Below are positions 20,606-30,906 of a DNA stretch of 64,000 nucleotides, piece after piece. How positions within the stretch are numbered: the stretch's first letter is position 1; each line of letters begins with the position of its first letter. The translations under genes were made by a program, and so were the position numbers. The DNA lies in NCBI GenBank assembly GCA_963708295.1, contig CAVPSJ010000004.1, forward strand, positions 960,001 through 1,024,000, given 5' to 3'. Source of the DNA: an uncultured delta proteobacterium. GTDB taxonomy: Bacteria > Desulfobacterota > BSN033 > UBA1163. Below the pieces are notes generated by a model, which saw only the letters and a program-made list of their open reading frames with translations, was not told where the DNA came from and did not search any database.

Positions 20606-21104
20606 TCAGTAAGCCGAAAGACCTGCGGTCGAAATGTCGATATTGAACCAGTCATTGAGATACCCGATCCACTTGGCCCGGTTGCCTGTACGGGCCTTCA
20701 CGGCCGTCTCTTTGTCCGAACCCGCGAAGATCAGGACCTTCTGGCCTTCTCTCCAGACGTTCTCCTTGAGATACATCCTGGCGTTTCCCGGTTTGCTTAC
20801 CCATTCCAGTTCTTCCTTGGTGAGCAGCTGCTTCACGATGTCGCCAAGGCCGCCGGGTTCATTCGGCCCTCCAAGGATTACAATCAATTTCTCTTTCTTG
20901 TTCGCCTCAAATTCGGCTCGGTATTGTCTGTTTGTATGGCACAGATTCGTTCTTCAGGAACTCAAACCAATTCTCCGACAGTCGATATCCATCTTGATTG
21001 GCAACAACGGTCAAGCGCAACTCCTGGCCCATCGCCTGAAAGGCGAATAACACACAAAGACCTATTCCGCCGATGACGATGAATACTCCTTTGACTCGTT
21101 TCAT
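20606..21104 (-). CDS. Secreted hypothetical protein ending GLSAY (frameshift near 20910)
   Basis: RBS GGAGG, MKRVKGVFIVIGG signal; joined frames contain IVILGGP and VLIFAGSDKET; first gene after the sigma54 promoter. Confidence 0.75.
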
Positions 21105-21218
21105 CTTTCCTCCGTGTGCAATCTTCTTGGTTATCTCGCGCTCACTTGGGGCTGTACTTTCTTCACTTATTTTTTTGTTGAGATTCCTCGCCTCCTGAAC
21201 TCTGTTCCTCTTCAAGAT

Positions 21219-21234
21219 TGCAACCCTTGTGCCA
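21219..21234 (-). promoter_or_regulatory. sigma54 promoter of the HhH/AlkP/Mo-enzyme operon
   Basis: Minus strand TGGCACAAGGGTTGCA (GG-N10-GC). Confidence 0.85.
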
Positions 21235-21319
21235 TGATCCAATGAATGACTAACTGTTCAGTTTTATTTGCGTATTTCTCTTTGAGCCCGAGAATCATAC
21301 GCAAATACACCCTCCTGTT

Positions 21320-21357
21320 TGTTACGGTTGACGCACACATGTAAAGCAGACTGCACA
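21320..21357. promoter_or_regulatory. Tandem enhancer sites (TGT-N12-ACA x2, 20-bp period)
   Basis: Minus strand TGTGCAGTCTGCTTTACA and TGTGCGTCAACCGTAACA; same layout at 26367-26404. Confidence 0.7.
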
Positions 21358-21400
21358 ATGAGGAAGCAGACCTTGTTTCGTGGATCTTGTGGGGGCGGGA

Positions 21401-22771
21401 TCATTGGAGGGAAGATGTGTCCAGATTGTACTGGGCCAGCTTGTCGTAGAAGGCGCGGCGGCTGATTCCAAGAAGCTGGGCGGCCTGACTGCGGTTGTTG
21501 TTCGCGGCTTTCAGGGCTTGAACGATCGCCTTCCTTTCAGCCTCTTCAACAACCTGCCTGAGTAGCAGAGGAGGAGTGTCCGTCATGCCGGTTCTTTCCG
21601 CAGGACGGCAGTCGACGTTCAGGCAATCGAGGGTAAGGGTCTCATTTTCCGCCAGAAGCACCCCCCGCTCAAGAATATTGCCCAGCTCCCTGATATTTCC
21701 CTTCCACGGAGAGTTGCTCATTGCCTCCAGGACGTTGGGTTTAATGCTGCTGATCTTCTTCTTGTACATCTTGCAAAACTTATTCAGGAAGTGATCGATC
21801 AGCAAGGGGATATCCTCTTGACGTTCTCTCAGGGGAGGAAGATAAAGAGGCACAACTGCCAGGCGGTAATAGAGGTCTTCTCGGAATTCGCCTTCCTCGA
21901 TGGCCTTTCTAAGGTCGCGATTCGTCGCCGAGATAAAGCGGACATCGATCTGAATAGTAGAATTCCCGCCGACAGGCCGAATCTCTCTTTCCTGAATGGC
22001 CCGGAGCAGCTTTACCTGGGTGGAGGGTTTGATGTCGGATATTTCATCGAGGAAGACCGTGCCTCCCTGGGCTTCCTCCAGAAGTCCCCGTTTGGCCTTG
22101 ATCGCACCCGTAAACGCTCCTTTCACATGGCCGAAGAGTTCGCTCTCAAGAAGCGTCTCCGTCAGGGCGCCGCAATCGATGGGCATCAAGGGGCGGTCTC
22201 TTCGGGAACTGTTCTGGTGAATGAGGCGGGCGAGGAGCTCTTTTCCCGTGCCGCTCTCTCCCTGGATGAGCACAGAGGCCTGAGAATCGGAGATCTTTTC
22301 CACCCGTCTCATCAGGTCGTGCATCGACTTGCTCGACCCGATCACCATCTTCGGATAACGGTCCTCTTCCTCCTGAAGGCGCAGGGGGGTCAGCTTCCGG
22401 TTCAGCTTTCCGTATTCGAGGGCCCTCCGCACAAGGATCTCCATGTCTCTGAGCTTGAAGGGCTTCGTGATATAGTGAAAGGCCCCGAGTTTGATCGCCT
22501 CCACAGCGGTTTCAATCGTTCCCACGCCCGTCAGGATAATAAACGGAAGCGTGGCATCGCTCGCTCGGACCCGTTCCAGCAACTCCAGACCGGTCAAGTC
22601 CTCCATCGCCAGATCGGAGATGACCAGATCGAACATCGTTTCTTCAATGGCCCGCCAACCCTGTTCCCCTGACTCCGCCTCTCTGACTTGATAGTTCAGG
22701 CGCGTCAGGAACCGGGACAAGGCCTGCCTCATCTCCGCTTCGTCCTCGACGATCAGAATCTTTTCAGACAA
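21401..22771 (-). CDS. sigma54-dependent response regulator (NtrC family bEBP)
   Basis: REC domain, [38 protein letters not shown], Fis-HTH; start uncertain (TTG 22771 or 22807). Confidence 0.95.
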   Translation of the reverse strand: MSEKILIVEDEAEMRQALSRFLTRLNYQVREAESGEQGWRAIEETMFDLVISDLAMEDLTGLELLERVRASDATLPFIILTGVGTIETAVEAIKLGAFHYITKPFKLRDMEILVRRALEYGKLNRKLTPLRLQEEEDRYPKMVIGSSKSMHDLMRRVEKISDSQASVLIQGESGTGKELLARLIHQNSSRRDRPLMPIDCGALTETLLESELFGHVKGAFTGAIKAKRGLLEEAQGGTVFLDEISDIKPSTQVKLLRAIQEREIRPVGGNSTIQIDVRFISATNRDLRKAIEEGEFREDLYYRLAVVPLYLPPLRERQEDIPLLIDHFLNKFCKMYKKKISSIKPNVLEAMSNSPWKGNIRELGNILERGVLLAENETLTLDCLNVDCRPAERTGMTDTPPLLLRQVVEEAERKAIVQALKAANNNRSQAAQLLGISRRAFYDKLAQYNLDTSSLQ

Positions 22772-22884
22772 TTCCGGATCTCCGTTCGTATTCCCAAAAC
22801 AAGACAATGGAATAATAAACGCTCACGTAGCAAAAAGCCAGCCCTACGAACCCGGCGAGGATGTGATCAAGAGGGCTGCTGGAC

Positions 22885-24237
22885 TCACCTTGAGAGTACA
22901 TCAAAAGAGTTCAGGACCTTACCTTCAGGGAGGCGGGGATCCGGTGCGATGAAGGAGATTTTTACCCGGTCTTCGGAGACGTCCGCCCAGGTGTATCCCG
23001 AGGGCGTCCAGTACTTCTTATATGCGGTCACAGATTCAGGAAACTTCCAGGGCGCGCCTGCGCTTCCCACGCAAATATAATGAATTCCATCCACCTCGAC
23101 GTCAGTAAAGACATGATCATGCCCGTAAAAAAAAGCCTGGACGCCGAACTGCTTCATCCATCCATGAAGGATGGCCTGCTCCCCTATTTGGGCGGCCTGC
23201 CCCCCGCCTCGCCCGTAGCGGGAGTTGACTTCATCGCCGGCCTTCCCGGCAACGGTATGATGGGCCAGCAGAAACTTCCATCGTGCCTTCGATTTCGAAA
23301 GCTGTTCGAAGAGCCACTTTTTCTGCTTTTCGCCGAGTGTCCAGTCATCCGCCTTTCCAACAGGAGACCCGAGCCCATGATCCAATGGGGTGTACCCTGT
23401 GACGTTCAGGACCAGGAAAAGGACATCCCCCCATGTGAACCCGTAGTAGTCCTGGTCTTCGTTTCCCCCTTCAGGGTAGGTGTCGGAACCCGGATTAGGA
23501 ATAAAGGACTTACGGGCTTGCCTGGCCCATCCCCGCTCCCGCGCAGGGTGCCACCCATTTTCCCCCTCCCAGTTTCCATTGACCAGAAATGTCGGGACGG
23601 ATGAGGGAAGCGTTCCCAGGCCGCGCCTTAACAGCGAATAGAGCTGAGAACCGAATCTCTCCTCCGTCATCGGCCCCCCATGGGAGGTGAAGGTCTGGAT
23701 ATTGTCTCCGAGCATGAAGAAAAGATCCGGCTTTCGAGCAAGAATGGATGAACCCGCCTGAGAAATGATCTCGAAGCGGTCCCGGTCGAAGGGCGTAATG
23801 TGTGAATCAGAAATGAGCGCGAACGAAAAAGCAGAAGGCCCCGACTTCTGAGACCTGAATCTCTCTTCGGCCACCTTTTCGAACTCCCTGCCATCCTTCA
23901 AACGGGCGTAGACCTGATAGAGGTATGTGTTATCAGGCGTAAGGGATTCAAGCTTGATCTCAGCAGCGGAAAGGGCCCGGATGGGGACCTCTCTGGTTTT
24001 TTGCCATGACGCTGCGTCCGATAGCCCTTCTTTCCTGTATGCCACGTAGCAGACAATCTCTTTTTCACCCGCCATCAGGTTGAGCGTCACTGAGGATGGC
24101 GTGGGCCTGCCCAGATAAGGCGCTAAGGGAAGTAACGGAGATCCTGAACTTTGACAGAGGATTATCTGAGGCAACAAACAAACAAGGAAAACCAGGAGGG
24201 AAACAAAAACAGATTTTCCCGCAGCACCTTTCATCAC
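22885..24237 (-). CDS. Secreted metallophosphoesterase (purple-acid-phosphatase-like)
   Basis: Signal peptide; SDSH, GDN, GNWE, AHH, GHDH motifs. Confidence 0.85.
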   Translation of the reverse strand: MMKGAAGKSVFVSLLVFLVCLLPQIILCQSSGSPLLPLAPYLGRPTPSSVTLNLMAGEKEIVCYVAYRKEGLSDAASWQKTREVPIRALSAAEIKLESLTPDNTYLYQVYARLKDGREFEKVAEERFRSQKSGPSAFSFALISDSHITPFDRDRFEIISQAGSSILARKPDLFFMLGDNIQTFTSHGGPMTEERFGSQLYSLLRRGLGTLPSSVPTFLVNGNWEGENGWHPARERGWARQARKSFIPNPGSDTYPEGGNEDQDYYGFTWGDVLFLVLNVTGYTPLDHGLGSPVGKADDWTLGEKQKKWLFEQLSKSKARWKFLLAHHTVAGKAGDEVNSRYGRGGGQAAQIGEQAILHGWMKQFGVQAFFYGHDHVFTDVEVDGIHYICVGSAGAPWKFPESVTAYKKYWTPSGYTWADVSEDRVKISFIAPDPRLPEGKVLNSFDVLSR

Positions 24238-26237
24238 AGGCTCGTCTGAGGATAAGCAGGGAAATCAACAAAGAAGGTCGTCCCTCGGCCGACGTCCGAT
24301 TTTACGCGAATCGATCCGTAATGTTTCTCCACAATACGTTTCGAGATGGAGAGGCCGAGACCAAACCCCTTATTCTTCCTGGCGGTATAGAAAGGATCGA
24401 AGATCTTGGGCAGATCCTTCTCCGGAATTCCAATCCCAGTGTCGGTCACTTCCAGACACACTTTTTCAGCGCCGTTGTCCTTTGCTTTGGCGACACGGAT
24501 CTCAATGGTACCCTTTTCGGATATGGCTTGAATTGAATTCAAGATCAGGTTGACGATGAGCTGCTGAATCTGATTATCGTCCCCTTCGCAGAAAACCGCC
24601 TCCCCCGGCAAATGTTTTTCAACCCTGATGCCCTTCTGCCTGAGCTGCTGTTTGCACAGGGATAAGGACTCTTCAATCAACGCAAGCAGGTTAATCCGGA
24701 CTTTTGCGGGAGGCGCGGGTCGAGTGAAGGTTAGAAGATCGTCGATGAACTTTCCTGCCCGAAGGGCGTTTCGCTCGATCGTCTCAAGGTTTTCCCGGAC
24801 GTTCTGTTTCCCATTCGCCTCATGGAGCATCTCTTCCGTGTTGGCCAGGATGATGCCGAGAGGATTGTTGATCTCGTGGGCGATCCCTGCCGCCATTTCG
24901 CCCATGATCGCAAGCCGTTCGGATTGCATCAACTCGGCTTCGAGTCGCTTGTGTTCAGTCACGTCCCGCGAAAAGCAGCACGCCAGCAGAGTATCCGCCC
25001 CCTTGATAAGGGTCGCATTCATGTCCACATCGATCCGCCTTCCGTCCTTTGCACAGAAGGAGAAGCTTTATGACACTGACCCCGCAAGATGGAGTGAATA
25101 AAGAGGATGATCTCTTCTCGGCTCTCGGGCGGAACAAGGTCGAATATCTTTCGCGCCAAGACCTCCTCTCTGCAATATCCCAGGGTCTGAATGGCCATCT
25201 TGTTCGCGTGGATTACCTGGCCGTCCGCCCCCACCAGGTGGATCATCTCCGGGGAAAACTCAATCAGGTCTTTGTGCCTCTGCCTTAAACCTTAAGGCAA
25301 AGGTATTGCCGCACTTTTCGTTTCAACATGCGGGTCCAGACGAGAAACCCCAGCAGAACCACGACTAAGACCCCGGCGCCGCGATGATGAATTTAAGGTA
25401 TTTTTCCAGGCCGGCAAAGGGAATGTTCTGGCCGAACCACTTGCGATAGATGATATCGTAATTTTTGTTCTCCGTGATCTTTCCGAAGGCAACGCTGAAT
25501 ATGCCAAAACCCACGGACCTCCTGTGAATCTAGATAGCCAAGGGACGGATTAAGCAACCGCAATTATTTAAGTGGTTTTGAAACTCCGGAATGACCAAGA
25601 TTCCGTTTTTCGATATATTCGACACACCTGTAAACCGGACTTTACAATTTCCAGGCCTTTCTTGAGTCTCTGCTTCGATAAATCTGATCTTGTCTTGATC
25701 AGGGATCAAGCGTCTGAGATCATCTCCTTTCAGAATAACCACCGAATGGCCGGGCAGGTCCCGGACGCAGGTGATCGTAATGCAGCACGTGTTCACAAAC
25801 AGCTTTCTGTCCAGATGGGTCGGAAGTTGAAGAAATTGGAGGCTGGGGTTAGAGATCGACTTTTCCTTGATAATCAGATCGAGTTTTCCCTCTGCCAGCC
25901 GGCGTTCGAGGTCATGGCCGTCCATGGGTAAAAACCTGATCTTTGCCCCCATGCTTCCGGCCAGCATCTTGATCAAATCGATGTTGAATCCACGAACGGA
26001 ACTTGACCCGGAATCAACAAAGGAAAAGGGCGGGAGACTGCTATCGATTCCTGCCCGGAGGGTTCTCTGACCGGATGCGAGACCGGGAAGGATCAGGAGT
26101 AAAGACAGAACAAGGGCTGCTTTCCTTGGAAAGTGTGTATAGCGCCGCCTGGAATTGAAGTCGATCGTTCTGTTAGACCTGACTTTTTCCATAAACTGAA
26201 GCTTGGTCTCTCCCTTTCCACAATCCCTGAAGACCAT
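24234..26237 (-). CDS. Sensor histidine kinase (periplasmic SBP-TM-PAS-HisKA-HATPase), broken by multiple frameshifts at 25050-25660
   Basis: N-terminal LPPFSF..GFNIDL PBP domain; mid-region frames give YDIIYRKWFGQ and TM VLVVVLLGFLVWTRMLKRKV; PAS; AHEINNPL, GFGLGLS. Confidence 0.8.
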
Positions 26238-26366
26238 TCTTTTTTGGTATCGTAGATAAAATCGAGGATTCTGTCAAGCAGAGCGCTTGGGAAGCCTTGG
26301 GAGGTAAAGATTCAAGATGGTGAAAGAATCCTTTGAATGGGCCAAAGAATGAAGGGCCGGCCGGGG

Positions 26367-26404
26367 TGTGCGGATTTCTTTACAAATGTGTGTTTTTTCG
26401 TACA
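26367..26404. promoter_or_regulatory. Tandem enhancer sites (TGT-N12-ACA x2, 20-bp period)
   Basis: TGTGCGGATTTCTTTACA (26367-26384) and TGTGTGTTTTTTCGTACA (26387-26404). Confidence 0.7.
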
Positions 26405-26475
26405 CGTTGATTACCGACCATCAGCGGTTTTGTAGGCAACTGGTTGAGAATTCCCACATTTCCGATTGCGAAGCG

Positions 26476-26491
26476 TTGGCATATTAATCGC
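26476..26491 (+). promoter_or_regulatory. sigma54 promoter of the aryl-sulfate sulfotransferase gene
   Basis: TTGGCATATTAATCGC (GG-N10-GC). Confidence 0.7.
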
Positions 26492-26715
26492 GTCGCAAAC
26501 CAGTTCAATTGGGTCAGAAGCAAGGTGCAGCAGAAATAAGGGTATCCAATTCTATCAAACTGGCGGCTTCAGTCCGAAGCAGAAAAGGAGGTGTCTGGAA
26601 AAGAGATCGAATTGTGGACAAGAAATCTTGGATGTCGCTTGGTAAATTAAATGCCACTGTCAATCGGAGCGAGACTTTTCACTAATTCAAATCTGAAAAG
26701 AATAGGAGGGGGAAA

Positions 26716-28114
26716 ATGCGAAAACAGATCGTAGTACTCACGGCTGCCGTTGTAGCAATTTTATTCCTTGGGGCGAACACCTCAGATGCCCTTGAACAAC
26801 TGGTGGGCCCGACCGGCGTGATCCGTTATTCCGGCGAAAAGGCACTCGACGGCTATACCTTGGTTTCTCCGGGCTCTTCAAAAACTTCTTACTTGTTGGA
26901 CATGGAAGGAAATGTCGTTCACAAATGGGTAACCCCATACACTCCTGGGCTTTACGCGGAACTTCTGCCCAATGGGAATCTCCTCAGAGGAGGGCGTCTC
27001 GACGGAGTTCCTGTGATGTTTGGGGGGTCTTCCGGGATCGTGCAGGAGATCGATTGGAACGGAAAGGTCGTCTGGGAATGGAAGGAGATGTCTCCCACGT
27101 ATGTTCAGCATCACTGTTTTTTCCGCATGCCCAACGGGAACACGTTGGTCCTTGGCTGGGAGTATAAGAGCAATGAAGAGGCCATTGCCAGGGGCCGCGA
27201 CCCCAAAACTCTTCTCTGGGATGGCTACCTCTACAATGGGATCGTCCACAAGGGCATCTGGCCGGATTATGTCAGGGAAGTGAGCAAGGAAGGCAAGGTC
27301 GTTTGGGAATGGCATGTCTGGGACCATATTCGGCAAGGGGCCTAACAAGATCGATATCAATTTCATATTGCCCCAGACCGACATGGTTTCGTACATGCGC
27401 GTTGCAGACTGGACTCATTACAACACCGTGGGCTACATCCCGGAGACCGATCAGATCATTCTCAATTCGCGGAATTTTGGCGAGTTCTATCTGATCAATC
27501 ACAAGACGGGCAAGATTGAATATCGATGGGGAAATCCCTGCGCTTATGGCAAGGGACGATGCCCCTCATGGATCGATGACGGCGACCAGCAACTCTTCGG
27601 TCCCCATCATGTCACCCGGCTGGACAACGGCAATTTTCTGATCTTCGATAACGGCTGGTTCCGGCCGGAGGGCAATCGTTCCCGCGTGCTCGAACTCGAT
27701 CCGAAGACCGACAAGGTCGTTTGGGAATACAAGCCCAAGATCGGAAACAGCTTCTTCTCCCGTTACCAGGGGGCGGCGCAGCGTCTGCCCAATGGCAATA
27801 CCCTCATCACGTCAAGCAGTCAGGGCCATGTCTTTGAAGTGACCGGCGGCAAGAACCCGGAAGTTGTCTGGGAATGGATTAATCCCGTCGTCGGTGATAA
27901 CGAGGCCAAATGCTTCCTGGAAGATTCGAAAGATATCCGAAGCGTCGTCGAGGAGGTCATGCTGACTACACTTCACCGCGCATACAGGTACGGCAAGGAC
28001 TACCCAGGCCTTGCGGGCAAAGATCTGACTAAGAAAGAGCCTCTGGCCAAGGGCTGCCTGGAGATGTGGAAGCATTACAGAGATTTTGAAGCCGCAACGA
28101 AGAAAGCGAAATAG
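26716..28114 (+). CDS. Periplasmic aryl-sulfate sulfotransferase (ASST family), frameshift near 27340
   Basis: Signal peptide; YLLDMEGNVVHKW, LPNGNLL, QHH, VVWEWHVWDH, DWTHYN, GPHH, FDNG, AQRLPNGNTLIT beta-propeller motifs. Confidence 0.88.
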
Positions 28115-28130
28115 GAGAATGATCTTGTTC

Positions 28131-28176
28131 TCTCACCCGTATGGTTTCAATGCGGTACGAAACCGTACGGGTGAGA
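28131..28176. terminator. Long hairpin between convergent genes
   Basis: TCTCACCCGTATGGTTTC / GAAACCGTACGGGTGAGA. Confidence 0.65.
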
Positions 28177-28256
28177 AGGATATGGGTCTTTGTCCCTCCG
28201 GCTGTATCTGCCTTTGGGTTACCTGAGCCATCTGCTGGACAACTCGTGGAGGAATT

Positions 28257-29027
28257 CTATATTTTCTTATGAGCAGTTCCGAGATTAAAATGGCAAGGAC
28301 TACAATCTATTTTACCCCTGGTATTCTCGAGGATCCCGCCTTTGTCATGACAGGTTCTGCACTGCTTTACACTTTCCGGGATCAGGAATACAGGTTTAAA
28401 GGTTCCTGCTAATTGTTGGTTCAAAAGCTCTACGGACTTTTTTGTAACATCCGCGGTTAACCGGCCACATCTCTCCTCACGTTCCTTTGAAAAGGCTTTA
28501 AATTTTGATGCCTTGCACCACCGAGAGACAGAAACGTGGCAAAGCGTTGAGCGCGAAACTGAGGGAACGATTTCGAGTTTAGACTCCTTTGGTTGGTAAA
28601 CGGGAAGCTTTTCCTGTTGAAACCAGCCAAAGAGCTCATCAACGACAGGCTCAGGTTTGTTCGAAACCAGATAAATAGCAGCTGCGGCACCGTTTAAGGC
28701 TCCACAGAGTGTTGCCCAATCCGCGACGCCTCCTTTACCGTACTTCATCATGAGAAAAGGAAAGCTATTGTAGGGTGCCCCCTTTTCCTCAGCCAGTCTC
28801 CCTATGATTCCCAAGAAAGTTCCGTACATGCACCGTCCCACCTCATATCCCTTATAGGAGATGTCTGCGGAAATGTCCGGATCAAGTTTTGAATATGGCC
28901 ATGGGAAATCAACAGGCTTGATCGGTTCCTTCTCTGCTGAGACTCCACAGGGAATAAGAGGACTAATCACCGCTGTTCCTGCAGCTACCCCCAGCATCTG
29001 AATTATTTCCCTTCTTGTTGTCTTCAT
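28257..29027 (-). CDS. Split-Soret cytochrome c-like protein (C-GCAxxG-C-C family), diheme
   Basis: Tat-like TRRE leader; PWPY, CGALNGA, STLCHVSV, ERCGRL, CRTCH and CSPCH. Confidence 0.85.
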   Translation of the reverse strand: MKTTRREIIQMLGVAAGTAVISPLIPCGVSAEKEPIKPVDFPWPYSKLDPDISADISYKGYEVGRCMYGTFLGIIGRLAEEKGAPYNSFPFLMMKYGKGGVADWATLCGALNGAAAAIYLVSNKPEPVVDELFGWFQQEKLPVYQPKESKLEIVPSVSRSTLCHVSVSRWCKASKFKAFSKEREERCGRLTADVTKKSVELLNQQLAGTFKPVFLIPESVKQCRTCHDKGGILENTRGKIDCSPCHFNLGTAHKKI

Positions 29028-29126
29028 TTGCACGGGCTCCTTTCTTCTTCGATAAAGTTTGGAATTATTGATTACCATTTAAAGAAAAGACAGTCAAGAA
29101 AGAAATATCCCTGTGAAAAAAAGGAC

Positions 29127-29155
29127 TTGACCCGTTTTTATCTTTTTAGTATAGT
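29127..29155 (+). promoter_or_regulatory. sigma70-type promoter for the second YeiH gene
   Basis: TTGACC-N17-TATAGT. Confidence 0.6.
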
Positions 29156-29310
29156 TCTTAACGGAAATTCATTAAGAGAAGGTTTTTGTAGATAATTTTA
29201 TCAAGGGAGGTGGAAAAAAGATATAAGTAATGTGGAGTAAAAATGAATAGGGGAGATAGGGACTTTAGGTGATTCGGAAGCAAATAAATTAAAGAGAAGG
29301 GGGGACACAA

Positions 29311-30846
29311 ATGGCAGAAACAAAACAAGGCATCAATTGGACAACGCTCTGGAAGAAAGATGACTGGGTGTCCGTTTGGATAGGGTTTCTCATTCTAATC
29401 ATTTTCATAGCAGGAGCCACTATCAAATTTCCAGGGTGGAAGTGGATGACGGACGGGGCGTTCGGTGACAAGATATCTGGTTATAGCAAGAAGGTAGACG
29501 CTCTTGCGAAGGAGGCGGAGGCAAAGGGGGAGGAAGGGTTAAAGGCGGCCGCGGCCGAACTCAAGACAGCCTTCGACGCAAAGGATAGGAAGGCAATCGG
29601 AGAGGCCACAGGAAAGTTTGAGAAAGCCATAAAGGATGTAAAAGATAAGGATTTCAGTAAGAAGGCGGAAAAGTTCGCCAAAGACACCAAGGGTGACATA
29701 ACGAGTACGTTTGGAAAGGTATTGTCAGGTCAAAATTTGCTAAGGATGCTCTATCTACTGATCGGTTTCTGGATTTTTGCACTGATCGGGATCCTCATGA
29801 TGGGAATGCCAGCGGGTAAATTTACCGCAGGGTTCCCTATTGTGTTTATCCTTTCGGTCATTGCCGCCATTATTGGGGGAAACTCAACGATTTCCTATTA
29901 TGGTCTCGAGACGGTGTTCTGGGCCCTGATTTTAGGCCTCTTGGTCAGTAACACCATCGGTGTACCGGGATGGCTCAAGGAGGCGGTAAAAACCGAGTAC
30001 TTTATCAAGATCGGCCTGGTTCTCCTGGGCGCGGAAATTCTCTTTACCACCATGGTAAAAGTCGGTGCCTACGGAATGGTTCAATCGATCATTGTGATTG
30101 CTGTGGTTTTCTATGTCTGCTTCTGGTTGGCAAAGAAGTTAGGCCTTGATGATGAATTTGCCTCCATCCTCGGAACAGCCGTTTCCATCTGCGGTGTCTC
30201 CGCTGCCATTGCAGCAGGAGGTGCCGTGAAGGGGGATCCCAAGAAGGTGAGTCACACCATCTCTCTGGTACTCCTCTGTGCAATTCCAATGTTGATATTC
30301 GAACCTTACATCGCAAAAGCGATGGGATGGCTCCCAGCGATGACCGGGGCATGGTTGGGTGGTACCATTGACACCACCGGTGCAGTCGTGGCCGCAGGCG
30401 CCATTGCCGGGCCGGAAGCCATGTCAGTGGCTGTTGTGGTAAAGATGGCGCAGAACGTCCTCATCGGAGTGGCTGCATTTCTGCTGGCCATCTGGTTTGT
30501 CTTCAAAGGAAAGGAAGGCGGGGAAAAACCCGGGGCCGCGGAGATTTGGTTCAGATTCCCGAAGTTTGTCGTTGGCTTCATTATCGCTTCCATTGTCTTC
30601 TCTTTCTTCATGACAGAGGCATCTGCAAAAGCGGTCACAGGGATTACAGCCCCCATCCGGGCATGGTGGTTCAACCTTGCCTTCATCTGTATTGGTCTGG
30701 ATACAAAATTCAAGGACCTTGTGGCCATGGGGGGTGGACGACCTGCGGCTGTCTTTTTGATCGCTCAGGCGTTCAACATCCTGTGGACATTATTGCTCGC
30801 TTGGCTGATCTTCGGCGGTGTACTCTTCCCAATTCCGAAGTTTTAG
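29311..30846 (+). CDS. YeiH/putative sulfate exporter family transporter (second paralog)
   Basis: DDWVSVWIG, TEYFIKIGLVLLG, SICGVSAAIA, GGTIDTTGAV, RFPKFVVGF. Confidence 0.92.
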   Translation: MAETKQGINWTTLWKKDDWVSVWIGFLILIIFIAGATIKFPGWKWMTDGAFGDKISGYSKKVDALAKEAEAKGEEGLKAAAAELKTAFDAKDRKAIGEATGKFEKAIKDVKDKDFSKKAEKFAKDTKGDITSTFGKVLSGQNLLRMLYLLIGFWIFALIGILMMGMPAGKFTAGFPIVFILSVIAAIIGGNSTISYYGLETVFWALILGLLVSNTIGVPGWLKEAVKTEYFIKIGLVLLGAEILFTTMVKVGAYGMVQSIIVIAVVFYVCFWLAKKLGLDDEFASILGTAVSICGVSAAIAAGGAVKGDPKKVSHTISLVLLCAIPMLIFEPYIAKAMGWLPAMTGAWLGGTIDTTGAVVAAGAIAGPEAMSVAVVVKMAQNVLIGVAAFLLAIWFVFKGKEGGEKPGAAEIWFRFPKFVVGFIIASIVFSFFMTEASAKAVTGITAPIRAWWFNLAFICIGLDTKFKDLVAMGGGRPAAVFLIAQAFNILWTLLLAWLIFGGVLFPIPKF

Positions 30847-30906
30847 ACGATAGACCTACCCCTCGCCCTTTCCCTCCCCTCTGAGGGGAGAGGGTGGGGT
30901 GAGGGG

